NCBI GenBank assembly: GCA_963775425.1
Contig: CAVZJB010000005.1
Span: forward strand, 608,001 to 672,000
Length of the DNA stretch: 64,000 nucleotides
From: an uncultured delta proteobacterium
GTDB taxonomy: Bacteria; Myxococcota; UBA727; VGSZ01
Direction of reading: 5' to 3'
The notes below the pieces were generated by a model. The model ran no database searches. It was not told the DNA's origin and worked only from the letters and a program-made list of their open reading frames with translations. This document shows, in pieces, positions 49,048 to 58,659 of the stretch. The translations under genes were made by a program, and so were the position numbers. How positions within the stretch are numbered: position 1 is the first letter of the stretch; each line of letters begins with the position of its first letter.

Positions 49048-49075
49048 GCTGAAGCCGTAGCGGCTTCGGCTTGTT
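49047..49075 (+). terminator. Intra-operon hairpin between aglR and aglQ
   Basis: AGCTGAAGCCG-tag-CGGCTTCGGCT, an 11-bp stem with one G-U pair, followed by TGTT. Confidence 0.5.
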
Positions 49076-49087
49076 CGAGGAGGTTCC

Positions 49088-49579
49088 ATGGGCGGCGCAG
49101 CACCAGAGCCAACAAGCAAAGGGGGGAAGAAACCCCTCGATGCATCCATCAATCTGGTCCCCTACATCGACATGCTCATGACCATCATGACGTTCCTCAT
49201 GATGACCGCGGTGTGGACGCAGATCGCCATGCTCGAGGTGCAGAACGCTTCCGGCGGGCAGGAGGCGCAGCCCGAGGAGCCAGACCCGAACAAGCCGAAG
49301 CCCATCCTGGTGCTCGTCACGGAGACGGGCGTCAAGATCCAGGAAGAGCAGAACCCGGACATGCACGAGTTCCCGACCCGGGCCAGCGAAGGCGGCGTCG
49401 ACGTCGACGTCGCGGGCATCCAGACGGAGCTCAAGCGTCTGAAGGACGCCCGGCCGGAACGCCAGGAAGTGAAGATCCAGAGCGAGGACGGCGTGAAGTA
49501 CGTGAACCTCGCGAAGATCATCGACATCGCCACGGGGCTCGACCTCAAGGCGCTCACCCTCACGCCGACGGCGCAGTAG
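49088..49579 (+). CDS. aglQ: ExbD/TolR family protein (AglQ-like)
   Basis: KGGKKPLDASINLVPYID (channel Asp at residue 28), FLMMTAVWTQI. Confidence 0.75.
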   Translation: MGGAAPEPTSKGGKKPLDASINLVPYIDMLMTIMTFLMMTAVWTQIAMLEVQNASGGQEAQPEEPDPNKPKPILVLVTETGVKIQEEQNPDMHEFPTRASEGGVDVDVAGIQTELKRLKDARPERQEVKIQSEDGVKYVNLAKIIDIATGLDLKALTLTPTAQ

Positions 49580-49588
49580 AGGTCGACG

Positions 49589-50167
49589 ATGGCGATCAAA
49601 GTCAGGCGCGAGCGGCAGTCCGAGCGCTTTCACAGCTCGAAGATCCTCGGGAAGACCCACGGCCGCCGCTCCGGCGACCTCTATCTGAACGTCACCGCCA
49701 TGGTCGACATGATGATGGTGTTGGTGATCTTCCTCGTGATGAACTTCAACGCCTCGGGCGAGATGCTCTTCCTGTCGAAGGACATCAAGATGCCGCAGGC
49801 GGAGCACGGGGACACGGTCACCCGCGTGCCCATCGTGGCCATCTCCAACAAGAACCAGCTCTACTTCGAGGGCGTCATCCTCACGGATCTGAACAACATC
49901 GATCCGAACGACCCCAACTGGCGCATCGCCGAGCTCGAGGAAAAGCTCGTCGACAACCGCTCCCGCGCCGAGGCCATCGGCAAGCGCGAGTGGGCCACCC
50001 CCGAGGACGACCCGACCACCACGGTGAACGTCCAGGCCGACATCGGCACGGACTTCAAGCTGCTCAAGCGCGTGCTCTACACCTGCGAGCAGGCGGGCTA
50101 CGGCCGCATTCGCCTGGCGGTGGGTGACGCGCGCAAGGCCGCCGACGTCCCGGCCCCGACGCCCTGA
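49589..50167 (+). CDS. aglS: ExbD/TolR family protein (AglS-like)
   Basis: Basic N-terminal extension MAIKV..HSSKILG, LNVTAMVDMMMVLVIFLVMNF, NVQAD..F..LKRVLYTC..AGY. Confidence 0.75.
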   Translation: MAIKVRRERQSERFHSSKILGKTHGRRSGDLYLNVTAMVDMMMVLVIFLVMNFNASGEMLFLSKDIKMPQAEHGDTVTRVPIVAISNKNQLYFEGVILTDLNNIDPNDPNWRIAELEEKLVDNRSRAEAIGKREWATPEDDPTTTVNVQADIGTDFKLLKRVLYTCEQAGYGRIRLAVGDARKAADVPAPTP

Positions 50168-50484
50168 ACCCTGTAGGGACGGACCGCGCCGCCTGGGGCG
50201 CGGGCGAGCACCTGCCCCTCGGGGCCCGGTCCTCGGCGCTCCCCGCGCGCCCCGTCGCACGCCCCGGCCGGCGCGCCTTCGCGGGACCACGGGCTCAACG
50301 TCGTCCGCGACTGCGCTGACCGCGCCCGCCTGGCCCCGCGGCTGCGGCTCCCCGCGCCACCCCGGCGCTCCGCGGGGCACGGAGACAACACCCTCGAGGG
50401 CGCTCGGCGTGGCGCCTCCGGGAGCCTCCGCCGCCGGCCTGCGGCGCGCGCTTCTGCACGCGGACGGGGAGGCTCCAGCGCCTC

Positions 50485-50562
50485 CGCTCGGTTTGGCTGC
50501 GCTCAGGTTGGCGCGCTCAGGTTGGCTCTATTGACGCTCAGGTTGGCTCCGCTGAGGTGTGA
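50485..50562 (+). repeat. 13-bp direct repeats CGCTCAGGTTGGC (3 exact, 2 degenerate)
   Basis: Exact copies at 50500, 50514 and 50535. Degenerate copies at 50485 and 50550. Confidence 0.85.
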
Positions 50563-50762
50563 TGCCGATGAGCTCCCCGGTGACGCGACTCGACCTTGGC
50601 GTTGAGCGCGGGCGCGTAGCCCGCGCGCGAGGGTCCGCGCGCTGCACGAACGCGGCACGCCTGATCCCTGAACGGGAACAGGCACGTAGGGCACCAAGGA
50701 AGACCTTGCGGCACCTGCCGCTCGGCCTTAGTCTTTCGCGGCCTTAGGGCCATTTTTTCGGG

Positions 50763-52202
50763 GTGTTCGTGCTTCTGCGTGGTCGGACAGTTGGGCCGCT
50801 CCTGGTGCTGTTCGCCGCGGCCGACCGCCCAGGCGCAGACCGCGCCGGGCGGGCCGCCCCCGACACTGCACCCACCACCGAGGGCGAAGCCGCGGCACCG
50901 CCGCGCGCGCCCGCCGCGCGCTCCACCGGGCGTCGGGCGCCCGGTCGCCGGAGGGGTCGGGTTTGCTCTGTCTGGGACGGCCGCTCCCGGCTTCATCTCG
51001 GCATCGACGCCGGTGCCGGGCTACGACTCGAATCCCTACTCCGTGCCGTTCGCGGAGAATACTTTCACCGGCGACGTGACTCTGCGCCTCCGGCCCTCAT
51101 GCGGACATCGACTATCCGGGAAGCCTGCTCGCTTTCAATGGCCGAGGGATGGTCGACTACGGTTATTTGCCCGGTGCAATCAACGGCGCCACACGACCGA
51201 CCGTCGACCCACGATAACCCCTCCGCCCTCGATTACTTCCTGCTCTATCAGTCGCTGCTCGCAGGGAACCTTGAGGTGAACCGCGGCGGCGCTTTCACAC
51301 TCGGCCTCGGCGACTCGTTCAGTTGGAACTCCGACCCCGGGGATATTGCGCTCGGCGTCTTGTTCAACCGAATCAACAATCAACTCCGCGCCGGCATGGG
51401 TCTCACACCCGGGGGCGGCGCCCTCAACCTGCGGCTCGGCTACAGTTCGGGTTCATCAAGTATCTCGACATCCAGGGGCTTAATGGCGCCATCGCGTCCG
51501 GCGTGCTTGACAACATGACCCACACGCTCGCGCTTCGCGCGGACTACAGGTTCCTGCCGCGAACGGGCGTGTTCGGAGAGGTGAGCGGGGGCTGGTCAAC
51601 GTATCCGTTCTCCTCGGTGAACCCACAGGCGTTCCCGGTCACCGCGACCATCGGGTTGCAAGGACAGTTGCTGGCCAAGGTCGCCGGCCTGGCATCCATC
51701 GGCTACTCGAACCCACTCGTCATCGACACGGTCCCTGACGGTAGCCAGGGCATCGTCACCGGAAATCTCATCGGTGTCGTTGGGCAGGCGGAAGTCCAAT
51801 GGCAGCCTTCGCCGCTCACCCACATCGGCGGCGGGTTCCAAGCGTAGCTTCGCCCCCGCGCCGCTGTATCAGTTCCTCGGCAACAACCGCTTCTACGCGC
51901 TCCTGACGCAGATGTTCGGCGGCCGGTTCCTCCTGACCTTGAACACCGGATACTCGATCCTCGAGTTCGGCGAGGAGCAGATTCCGGGGCTGACAACGCA
52001 GCGCGTCGGTCGTCTCGACGGCCACCTCGACGCGAACGTGGGCGTCTCCTACTTCTTCATCGATTGGCTGAGCCTCGGCATCGTGAACAAGACCGACTGG
52101 CGCGTGACGAACGCTGAGGCGCCGCCGTCGAACGGGGTCGGCCCGGAGAACCTCGGTTACATTCGGAATCAGACATTCGTTCTTGCTTCGTTGAGCTATT
52201 GA
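50763..52202 (+). pseudogene. Outer-membrane beta-barrel of polysaccharide export (EpsX/Wzp-like), multiply frameshifted
   Basis: Fragments in all three frames join up: signal peptide, RLHLGIDAGAG-YDSN, amphipathic strands (ADYRFLPRT, AEVQWQPSP), C-terminal LASLSY. Lies directly upstream of the OPX gene. Confidence 0.7.
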
Positions 52203-52203
52203 A

Positions 52204-52806
52204 ATGGCTCGGCTTCTTCTTGTCTGTAGTGTGGCCGCGCTCGCATGCGTAGCGAGTGGGGCGACGTGCGGAGTGCCGCCAGCGACGGCTCTGCCGCCGC
52301 CGGAACTGCAGCAGGTGGCGGTCCTGGGGCCTGGTGACGTCGTCGACGTTCGCGTCTTCAACGAGCCCGACTTGTCAGGGACGCACCAGATTTCGCCGAA
52401 CGGCACCATCAGGCTGCCGCTCGTCGGGGTGGTTCGCGCCGCCGGGTGCACTGCGGATCAACTCGCCGTCCGCATTCAGCAGGCATACAACGAGCGCTAC
52501 CTCAAGGACGCGGACGTCAGCCTCTTCGTTCGGGAGCACAACTCGAGCAAGATCTACGTCCTCGGGCAGGTTGCCAGACCGGGGCCCTACCCGTTCGACG
52601 GGCGCATGACGGTGATCGACGCCGTCGCCCTCGCCGGCGGGACAACCAAGTTGGCGGACGCGGACGACACACGCGTCACCCGCACCGGTGCCGACGGCAA
52701 GCAGACCGTGGTCATCGTGCGGGCGGGCTCAATCGGACAAGGCAAGGAACCGGACGTCGCACTTCAGCCCGGAGACATCGTCTTCGTACCGGAGACGCCG
52801 TTTTAA
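52204..52806 (+). CDS. wza: Short polysaccharide export (OPX/Wza-family) protein, Poly_export plus SLBB
   Basis: LGPGDVVDVRVFNEPDLS, GTIRLPLVG.V.AAG, IYVLGQVARPG.Y, LQPGDIVFVPE. Ends without an outer-membrane helix. Confidence 0.88.
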   Translation: MARLLLVCSVAALACVASGATCGVPPATALPPPELQQVAVLGPGDVVDVRVFNEPDLSGTHQISPNGTIRLPLVGVVRAAGCTADQLAVRIQQAYNERYLKDADVSLFVREHNSSKIYVLGQVARPGPYPFDGRMTVIDAVALAGGTTKLADADDTRVTRTGADGKQTVVIVRAGSIGQGKEPDVALQPGDIVFVPETPF

Positions 52807-52813
52807 GGCACCC

Positions 52814-55057
52814 ATGATCGCGCAACGCCGCCCTGAGCCAGTGGAGCTTGTCGCCGACGAGTGGGAGCCGCCGCAGGCGCAAGGGGACAGCCTCGACGTC
52901 CAGCGGTACCTCGACGCGTTTCGGCGGTACTGGTGGATCGTGCTCATCACGGCGGTCGTCGGCGTCGTGATTGCCGGCGTATGGACGCTCCGCCAGCCGA
53001 AGATCTACAAGGCCGTCGCGAGCATCGTCATCGAAACGCGGACCCCTCGGGTCCTGACAGGCGTGGAAGAAGTCGTCGACGAGGCATCGAGCGGCTGGGT
53101 GCCCGCGAACTTCTTCGAAACCGAATATGAGGTCATGCGCAGTCGGAACGTCGCGCGCGGTGCGGCCTTGGCTCTCGGGCTGATCGACGACGACAAGAGA
53201 AACGGCCTCGCGGGCGTCAGCGATCCGGATGAACGAGCCAAGCGCAAAGCGGCGATCGATCCCGCCGATCTCGTCATCGGCCACTACGTAATCGAGCCGG
53301 ATCGAAAATCGAACGTCGTCCGCATCGCAGTCGAGGACCCTGACGCACAATATGCCGCCGATCTGGCGAACGCCCTGGTGGACTCCTATCGGGATCAGAA
53401 CCGCGATAAGCGCGTCGGCGGTACCAAGGACGCCTCGAAGTGGCTGGCGGTCCAACACGACGAGCTCCGGAAGAAGCTCGACGCCTCCGAGCAAGCGCTC
53501 ATCAAGTTCATGGAGGACAACGACATCATGAACGCCAGCCTCGAGAGCCAGCTCGAGGAGGTGAAGCAGCGTTCGAGCGCCTTCAACGCTCAACTGGCGC
53601 AGGAGGAGGCGTCCGCGATCCGGGATTTCCTCAACGTCGCCACCCTCAAGCAGGTCCGGGAAAACCCGGCGCTCCTCGACACGCTGCCGGAGATCCAGTC
53701 GGCGCCTGTCGTCACGAGCCTGAAGACCAGGCTCGTCGAGCTGCACGCTCAGCAGATGGATCTCGAGTCGCGATATCAACCCGAGCATCCCAAGCTGAAG
53801 CTGCTGCGGGAGCAGGTCGGTGCCATCGAGGCGGACATCAAGGCAGAGGCGGATGCCGTTCTCACCTCCGTCGAGCGCCAGGCGGAGGAGCGTGAGGAGA
53901 CCATCAAGGGCTTGCGGAAGGCGCTCGACGCCGAGCGAATGAAGGAGGCCCGGCTCAACAAGCTTGCGCTCGACTACCATGCGCTGCAGCGTGAACGAGA
54001 CACCAACGTCCATCTCTTCGAGATGGTGACCAGCCGCATGAAGGAAGCGGACATCACCAGCGCGCTGCCGTTCAACAACATCCGGCCGCTCGACGCTGCC
54101 CTCGTGCCCAAGGCGCCGTTCAAACCCAACCCTCGCACCAACATCCTCGTCGGGCTCGCCCTCGGACTCCTGCTCGGGATCTCGCTCATCCTGCTGCTCG
54201 AATACGCCGACAACACGATCAAGAACCAAGACGACGTGGAGCACCTGAAGCTGCCGTTCCTCGGGCTCTTGCCGATCATCGATGGTCCTGCGGAGAACGA
54301 AGGCGACGACGCGCTCAAGAAACGAGAGCGGGACCTTCACGTCTTGCGCACCCCGCGAAGTGCCGTGGCCGAGTGTGCGCGCTTCATCCGTACGAACCTG
54401 CTCTTCATGAGCCCGGACGCACCGCTGAAGATGCTCGTCGTGACGTCGCCGGGTCCCCAGGAAGGCAAGACCACGACGGCCATCAGCATCGCCATCACCA
54501 TGGCTCAGGCTGGGAGTCGCACGCTTCTCGTCGACACCGACCTTCGTCGGCCGCGCGTCCATCATTCGTTCGGGCTCGCAGCCGAGCAAGGCTTGACCAC
54601 GGTCCTCGTCGGCGATTGCACGCTCTCCCATGCCGTCCAGACCACAGAGGTTCCGGGCCTCGACGTTCTCGTCTGCGGGCCTCCGCCGCCGAACCCGGCG
54701 GAGATCCTTCTCTCCGACCGCTTCAAGGAGCTCGTGGCGGACCTGGGCAAGAAGTACGACCGCGTCATCTTCGATACGTCGCCGATAGGACCGGTGACGG
54801 ATCCGGCGATCCTCGGCGGAGTCGTCGATGGCGTCGTCCTGGTCGTGAAATGCGGCAGAACGCGAAAGGACGCCACCAAGCAGGGCCTGCGCTCGCTCAA
54901 TGATGCCAAGGCGCGTGTGCTCGGCGCCATCTTGAACGACGTCGATGTCACATCCAAGCGCTACAGTGGCGTCTACTACAACTACTATCGGCGCTACACG
55001 ACCTACTACACGGATTCGCCCGGCGAGACTCCGCCGGCGCCGGCGGCCAAGGCATGA
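52814..55057 (+). CDS. wzc: Polysaccharide co-polymerase / BY-kinase
   Basis: Two TMs flanking a coiled coil, TSPGPQEGKTT Walker A, DTDLRRP, IFDTSP, C-terminal Tyr cluster YYNYYRRYTTYY. Confidence 0.92.
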   Translation: MIAQRRPEPVELVADEWEPPQAQGDSLDVQRYLDAFRRYWWIVLITAVVGVVIAGVWTLRQPKIYKAVASIVIETRTPRVLTGVEEVVDEASSGWVPANFFETEYEVMRSRNVARGAALALGLIDDDKRNGLAGVSDPDERAKRKAAIDPADLVIGHYVIEPDRKSNVVRIAVEDPDAQYAADLANALVDSYRDQNRDKRVGGTKDASKWLAVQHDELRKKLDASEQALIKFMEDNDIMNASLESQLEEVKQRSSAFNAQLAQEEASAIRDFLNVATLKQVRENPALLDTLPEIQSAPVVTSLKTRLVELHAQQMDLESRYQPEHPKLKLLREQVGAIEADIKAEADAVLTSVERQAEEREETIKGLRKALDAERMKEARLNKLALDYHALQRERDTNVHLFEMVTSRMKEADITSALPFNNIRPLDAALVPKAPFKPNPRTNILVGLALGLLLGISLILLLEYADNTIKNQDDVEHLKLPFLGLLPIIDGPAENEGDDALKKRERDLHVLRTPRSAVAECARFIRTNLLFMSPDAPLKMLVVTSPGPQEGKTTTAISIAITMAQAGSRTLLVDTDLRRPRVHHSFGLAAEQGLTTVLVGDCTLSHAVQTTEVPGLDVLVCGPPPPNPAEILLSDRFKELVADLGKKYDRVIFDTSPIGPVTDPAILGGVVDGVVLVVKCGRTRKDATKQGLRSLNDAKARVLGAILNDVDVTSKRYSGVYYNYYRRYTTYYTDSPGETPPAPAAKA

Positions 55058-55626
55058 CCGTCGTGCGGCGAGCTCCCTGCTCGAATGCCTCCGCAGACGC
55101 GCTCGCCTGGTACGCTCTGTCGGTGCGCTGCCGTGGCGAGAGGATGGTCGCGGAGCGACTGTCAAAGACCGTCGCCGAAGTGTTCCTTCCTGCGCGCATC
55201 GTGCGACGCGCATGGAGCGACCGCGTCGTCAAGACCGAGGATCCGCTGTTTCCTGGCTACTTGTTTGTGCAGACATCGCTGAGCGCGCGGACTCGCACGA
55301 GTCTGCTCCGCGTGCCCGGAGTGCACGCGATCGTCGGACACGTCGAAGTCGCGGGGGGGAGAACGACCTGCGCCGTCCCCGAGCGCGAGATCGAAGCGCT
55401 TCGGATCATTGTGCGCTCCGAGCGCGCCGTGGATCCGATTGAACGCCTCGTCCGCGGCAAGCACGTATCGATCGTCGCTGGGCCCCTGCGTGGCGCGTCC
55501 GGAGTCGTCGAGGAGGCGCCTGACGGGCACCGCAGGCTGGTGGTGCAGGTCGCGCTGCTCGGCCGTGGTGTGCGCACTGTTCTACGGGCGGATGACGTTG
55601 TCGAAGCTACGCCGCTCGCTGCCTGA
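55054..55626 (+). CDS. upxY: UpxY/RfaH-type NusG paralogue, transcription antiterminator
   Basis: WYALSVR, EVFLP..RAWSDR..PLFPGYLFV NGN domain. KOW V.IVAGPLRG..G. Confidence 0.85.
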   Translation: MTVVRRAPCSNASADALAWYALSVRCRGERMVAERLSKTVAEVFLPARIVRRAWSDRVVKTEDPLFPGYLFVQTSLSARTRTSLLRVPGVHAIVGHVEVAGGRTTCAVPEREIEALRIIVRSERAVDPIERLVRGKHVSIVAGPLRGASGVVEEAPDGHRRLVVQVALLGRGVRTVLRADDVVEATPLAA

Positions 55627-55810
55627 GCAACCCTTGTGCGACGTCGTCAAAGGCGTCACCGTTGTCGTGGTCTCCCGGAGACCTTGAGGTGCAAGCCGTT
55701 CCAATGCGGAGCGGGAGACAAGTTGACGCAGACCGTCGGTCGTCGAATGGGACCGAAATGGGCGGAGCCTTCTCCGGCTGCGTCGTGACAGCCGAGCAGA
55801 GGCGGAGCGC

Positions 55811-56719
55811 GTGATGGAGCGTCGACTGGCGCATCTCGAGGAGCTCGAAGCCGAGGCGATCCACATTCTCCGCGAGGTCGCGGAGGAATTCTCGAACCCG
55901 GTGATGCTCTTCTCGGTCGGCAAAGACTCGATGGCGATGCTCCGCATTGCCCAGAAGGCCTTCCACCCCGGGGCCATCCCGTTCCCCCTTCTTCACGTGA
56001 ACACCACGTGGAAGTTCAAGGCGATGATCGAGCACCGCGACCGCATCTGTCGCGAGCTCGGCGTGGAGCTGATCGAGTGGATCAACAAGGACGGCGTTCG
56101 CGAAGGCGCGAACCCGTTCGACCTGGGCACCCAGCGCTACACGCACATCATGAAGACTGTGGCGCTGAAGCAAGCTCTCGATCACCACGGCTTTGACTGC
56201 GCGATCGGCGGCGCACGTCGCGACGAGGAGAAGTCGCGCGCAAAGGAGAGGATCTTCTCGCACCGCGACCGCTTCCATCAATGGGAGCCGCGAAATCAGC
56301 GACCGGAGCTGTGGAACCTCTTCAACTGTCGGATTCACAAGGGCGAAGAGATGCGCGTCTTTCCGCTCTCGAATTGGACGGAGCTCGACGTCTGGCTCTA
56401 CGTGCACCGTGAGCGCATCCCCGTCGTCCCCCTCTACTTCGCCGCTGAGCGACCCGTGGTGCAGCGCGACGGGGCGCTGATCATGGTCGACGACGATCGT
56501 TTCCGTCTGAAGTCGGGGGAGGCGCCCGAGGCTCGCCGCGTGCGTTTCCGAACTCTCGGCTGCTACCCCCTCTCAGGGGCGATTGAGAGCCAGGCTGACA
56601 CGGTGCCGAAGATCATCGAGGAGATGCTCGAGAGTCGCTTCAGCGAGCGTGAAGGTCGCCTCATCGACTATGACGAAGCCGGCACGATGGAAGAGAAGAA
56701 GCGCGAGGGCTACTTCTGA
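55811..56719 (+). CDS. cysD: Sulfate adenylyltransferase subunit 2
   Basis: [53 protein letters not shown]. Confidence 0.97.
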   Translation: MMERRLAHLEELEAEAIHILREVAEEFSNPVMLFSVGKDSMAMLRIAQKAFHPGAIPFPLLHVNTTWKFKAMIEHRDRICRELGVELIEWINKDGVREGANPFDLGTQRYTHIMKTVALKQALDHHGFDCAIGGARRDEEKSRAKERIFSHRDRFHQWEPRNQRPELWNLFNCRIHKGEEMRVFPLSNWTELDVWLYVHRERIPVVPLYFAAERPVVQRDGALIMVDDDRFRLKSGEAPEARRVRFRTLGCYPLSGAIESQADTVPKIIEEMLESRFSEREGRLIDYDEAGTMEEKKREGYF

Positions 56720-58659
56720 TGTCCCGCGCGCCTGCCAGCGACGCAGCAGCCGAAGATCGCGTTGCGCGCTTCGTCGCGGCGCACGAGCGGAAGGAGCTCC
56801 TGCGCTTCCTGACGTGTGGAAGTGTCGACGACGGCAAGTCGACGTTGATCGGGCGCCTGTTGTACGAGTGCGCCGCGATCCACGATGACCAGTTGCGTGC
56901 CCTCCGACGCGACTCGAGAAACCGTCCCATCGGCGACGCGCAGTTCGATCCAAGTCTGTTGACCGACGGTCTCAAGGCGGAGCGCGAACAAGGGATCACC
57001 ATCGACGTCGCATATCGCTATTTCTCGACGCCGAGACGGAAGTTCATCATCGCCGATACGCCAGGCCACCAACAGTACACCAGAAACATGGCGACGGGGG
57101 CGAGCAATTGTGACCTCGCGGTGGTGTTGGTCGACGCTCAGAAGGGCGTTGTCACGCAAACGCGTCGACATAGCTTCATCGCGTCGCTTCTGGGGATTCG
57201 CCATCTGGTCGTCGCGGTCAACAAGATGGATCTCGTCGGGTGGTCGGAAGATCGATTTGAAGAGATCCGCGAGACGTATGTCGAGCTCATCGCGAAGCTG
57301 GGTGTCGACGACATCCGCTTTGTTCCGATGTCGGCGCTGAAGGGAGACAACGTCACATCGTCGTCGGCGGCGTCGCCCTGGTACACGGGAGGAACGCTGC
57401 TGCATCACCTCGAGACCGCCCCGATCGTGAGCCGATCGAACCTGATCGACTTCCGTTTCCCCATTCAACGCGTCATCAGGCTTGCTGGAAACTACCGGGG
57501 ATATGCCGGCACCGTTGCAGCGGGCATTCTTCGCACAGGGGAAGAGCTCGTCGCTCTGCCGTCCGGAAAGCGAGCGGCGGTCAAGGCGTTGCGTATTTTC
57601 GACGGTGAAGTCGCCGAGGCGCGGTCGGGGGAAGCGGTTGTGGTCGAGCTGACCGAAGAGATCGACCTCAGCCGTGGAGACATGCTGATCCGCGCTGGGA
57701 ACGCCCCGAAGGTGCTCCACGAGCTCGATGCGATGATCGTCTGGATGGACGAGGCTCCACTGGATCTCAACAGGGAGTACACGGTCAAGCACACCACGCA
57801 ATCCGTGCCGGCGCGGTTTCTCTCCGTGCGCTATTCCATTGATGTCGGCACGCTGCACCATGCGCCGGCGGAGCGCCTCGGTCTCAACGACATAGGGCGA
57901 TGTGAGCTCCAGACTGCGCGCCCTCTCTTCGTCGACCCATATCGCGGGAACCGCGCAACGGGCTCATTCATCGTGGTCGACCGCGTCTCGAACGCGACGG
58001 TCGCCGCCGGCATGGTGCTCGATCGTCGCGCGCTGGCGGAGGGAGGCATCGCCCCGAACGGCGCTCGCTCGTCGAACACCGCCTGGCACCGCGGCAGCGT
58101 AACGACGGAGGAGACGGAAGCACGCCTCGGGCAACGCGGCGCCGTTGTCTGGCTCACGGGCCTCTCCGGAGCGGGCAAGTCCACGATCGCGCGGGCGCTC
58201 GAGCGCGGGCTGTTCGACGAGGGTCGGCTGGTTGTGGTGCTCGACGGTGACAACGTCCGACACGGTCTCTGCGGGGACCTAGGATTTTCGCAAAAGGACC
58301 GGCAAGAGAACATTCGACGCGTCGCACACGTCGCCGAGCTCTTTCGTCGGGCTGGCATGATCGTCATCGTGGCGTTCATCTCGCCGTACCGTGTCGACCG
58401 CGATCGGGCTCGCTCCCTCGTCCCCGCAGGGCGGTTCTTCGAGATCCACGTGGCGACGGACGTGAAGACTTGCGAGAGCCGCGACCCCAAGGGGCTCTAC
58501 GCGAAGGCACGGCGGGGAGAAATCCCAGATTTCACAGGAATTTCCGCGCCCTACGAACCGCCGTCGGCCCCCGAGCTCGTGGTCGATACCGTCGACGGCT
58601 CCGTGGAGCAGAGTGCAGATTGTGTGAGCATGCTGCTACGCGCGCGTGGCATCATTTGA
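56719..58659 (+). CDS. cysNC: Bifunctional sulfate adenylyltransferase subunit 1 / adenylylsulfate kinase (CysN-CysC fusion)
   Basis: CGSVDDGKSTLIGRLL, EREQGITIDVAYRYF. C-terminal WLTGLSGAGKST, LDGDNVRHGL, DPKGLY. Confidence 0.96.
   Translation: MSRAPASDAAAEDRVARFVAAHERKELLRFLTCGSVDDGKSTLIGRLLYECAAIHDDQLRALRRDSRNRPIGDAQFDPSLLTDGLKAEREQGITIDVAYRYFSTPRRKFIIADTPGHQQYTRNMATGASNCDLAVVLVDAQKGVVTQTRRHSFIASLLGIRHLVVAVNKMDLVGWSEDRFEEIRETYVELIAKLGVDDIRFVPMSALKGDNVTSSSAASPWYTGGTLLHHLETAPIVSRSNLIDFRFPIQRVIRLAGNYRGYAGTVAAGILRTGEELVALPSGKRAAVKALRIFDGEVAEARSGEAVVVELTEEIDLSRGDMLIRAGNAPKVLHELDAMIVWMDEAPLDLNREYTVKHTTQSVPARFLSVRYSIDVGTLHHAPAERLGLNDIGRCELQTARPLFVDPYRGNRATGSFIVVDRVSNATVAAGMVLDRRALAEGGIAPNGARSSNTAWHRGSVTTEETEARLGQRGAVVWLTGLSGAGKSTIARALERGLFDEGRLVVVLDGDNVRHGLCGDLGFSQKDRQENIRRVAHVAELFRRAGMIVIVAFISPYRVDRDRARSLVPAGRFFEIHVATDVKTCESRDPKGLYAKARRGEIPDFTGISAPYEPPSAPELVVDTVDGSVEQSADCVSMLLRARGII

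Noticed and set aside
50485-50562. 13-bp repeats as a mini-CRISPR or plasmid iterons
   Set aside because: The repeat is too short, the gaps are only 1-8 bp, and no cas or rep gene is nearby.
50124-50760. Short ORFs between aglS and the beta-barrel gene
   Set aside because: Pro/Arg-rich, with no RBS or motifs and atypical codon use. Treated as intergenic.
55800-55813. GGCGGAGCGCGTG before cysD as an RfaH ops element
   Set aside because: It lacks the conserved TAG of GGCGGTAG and coincides with the GGAG ribosome-binding site.
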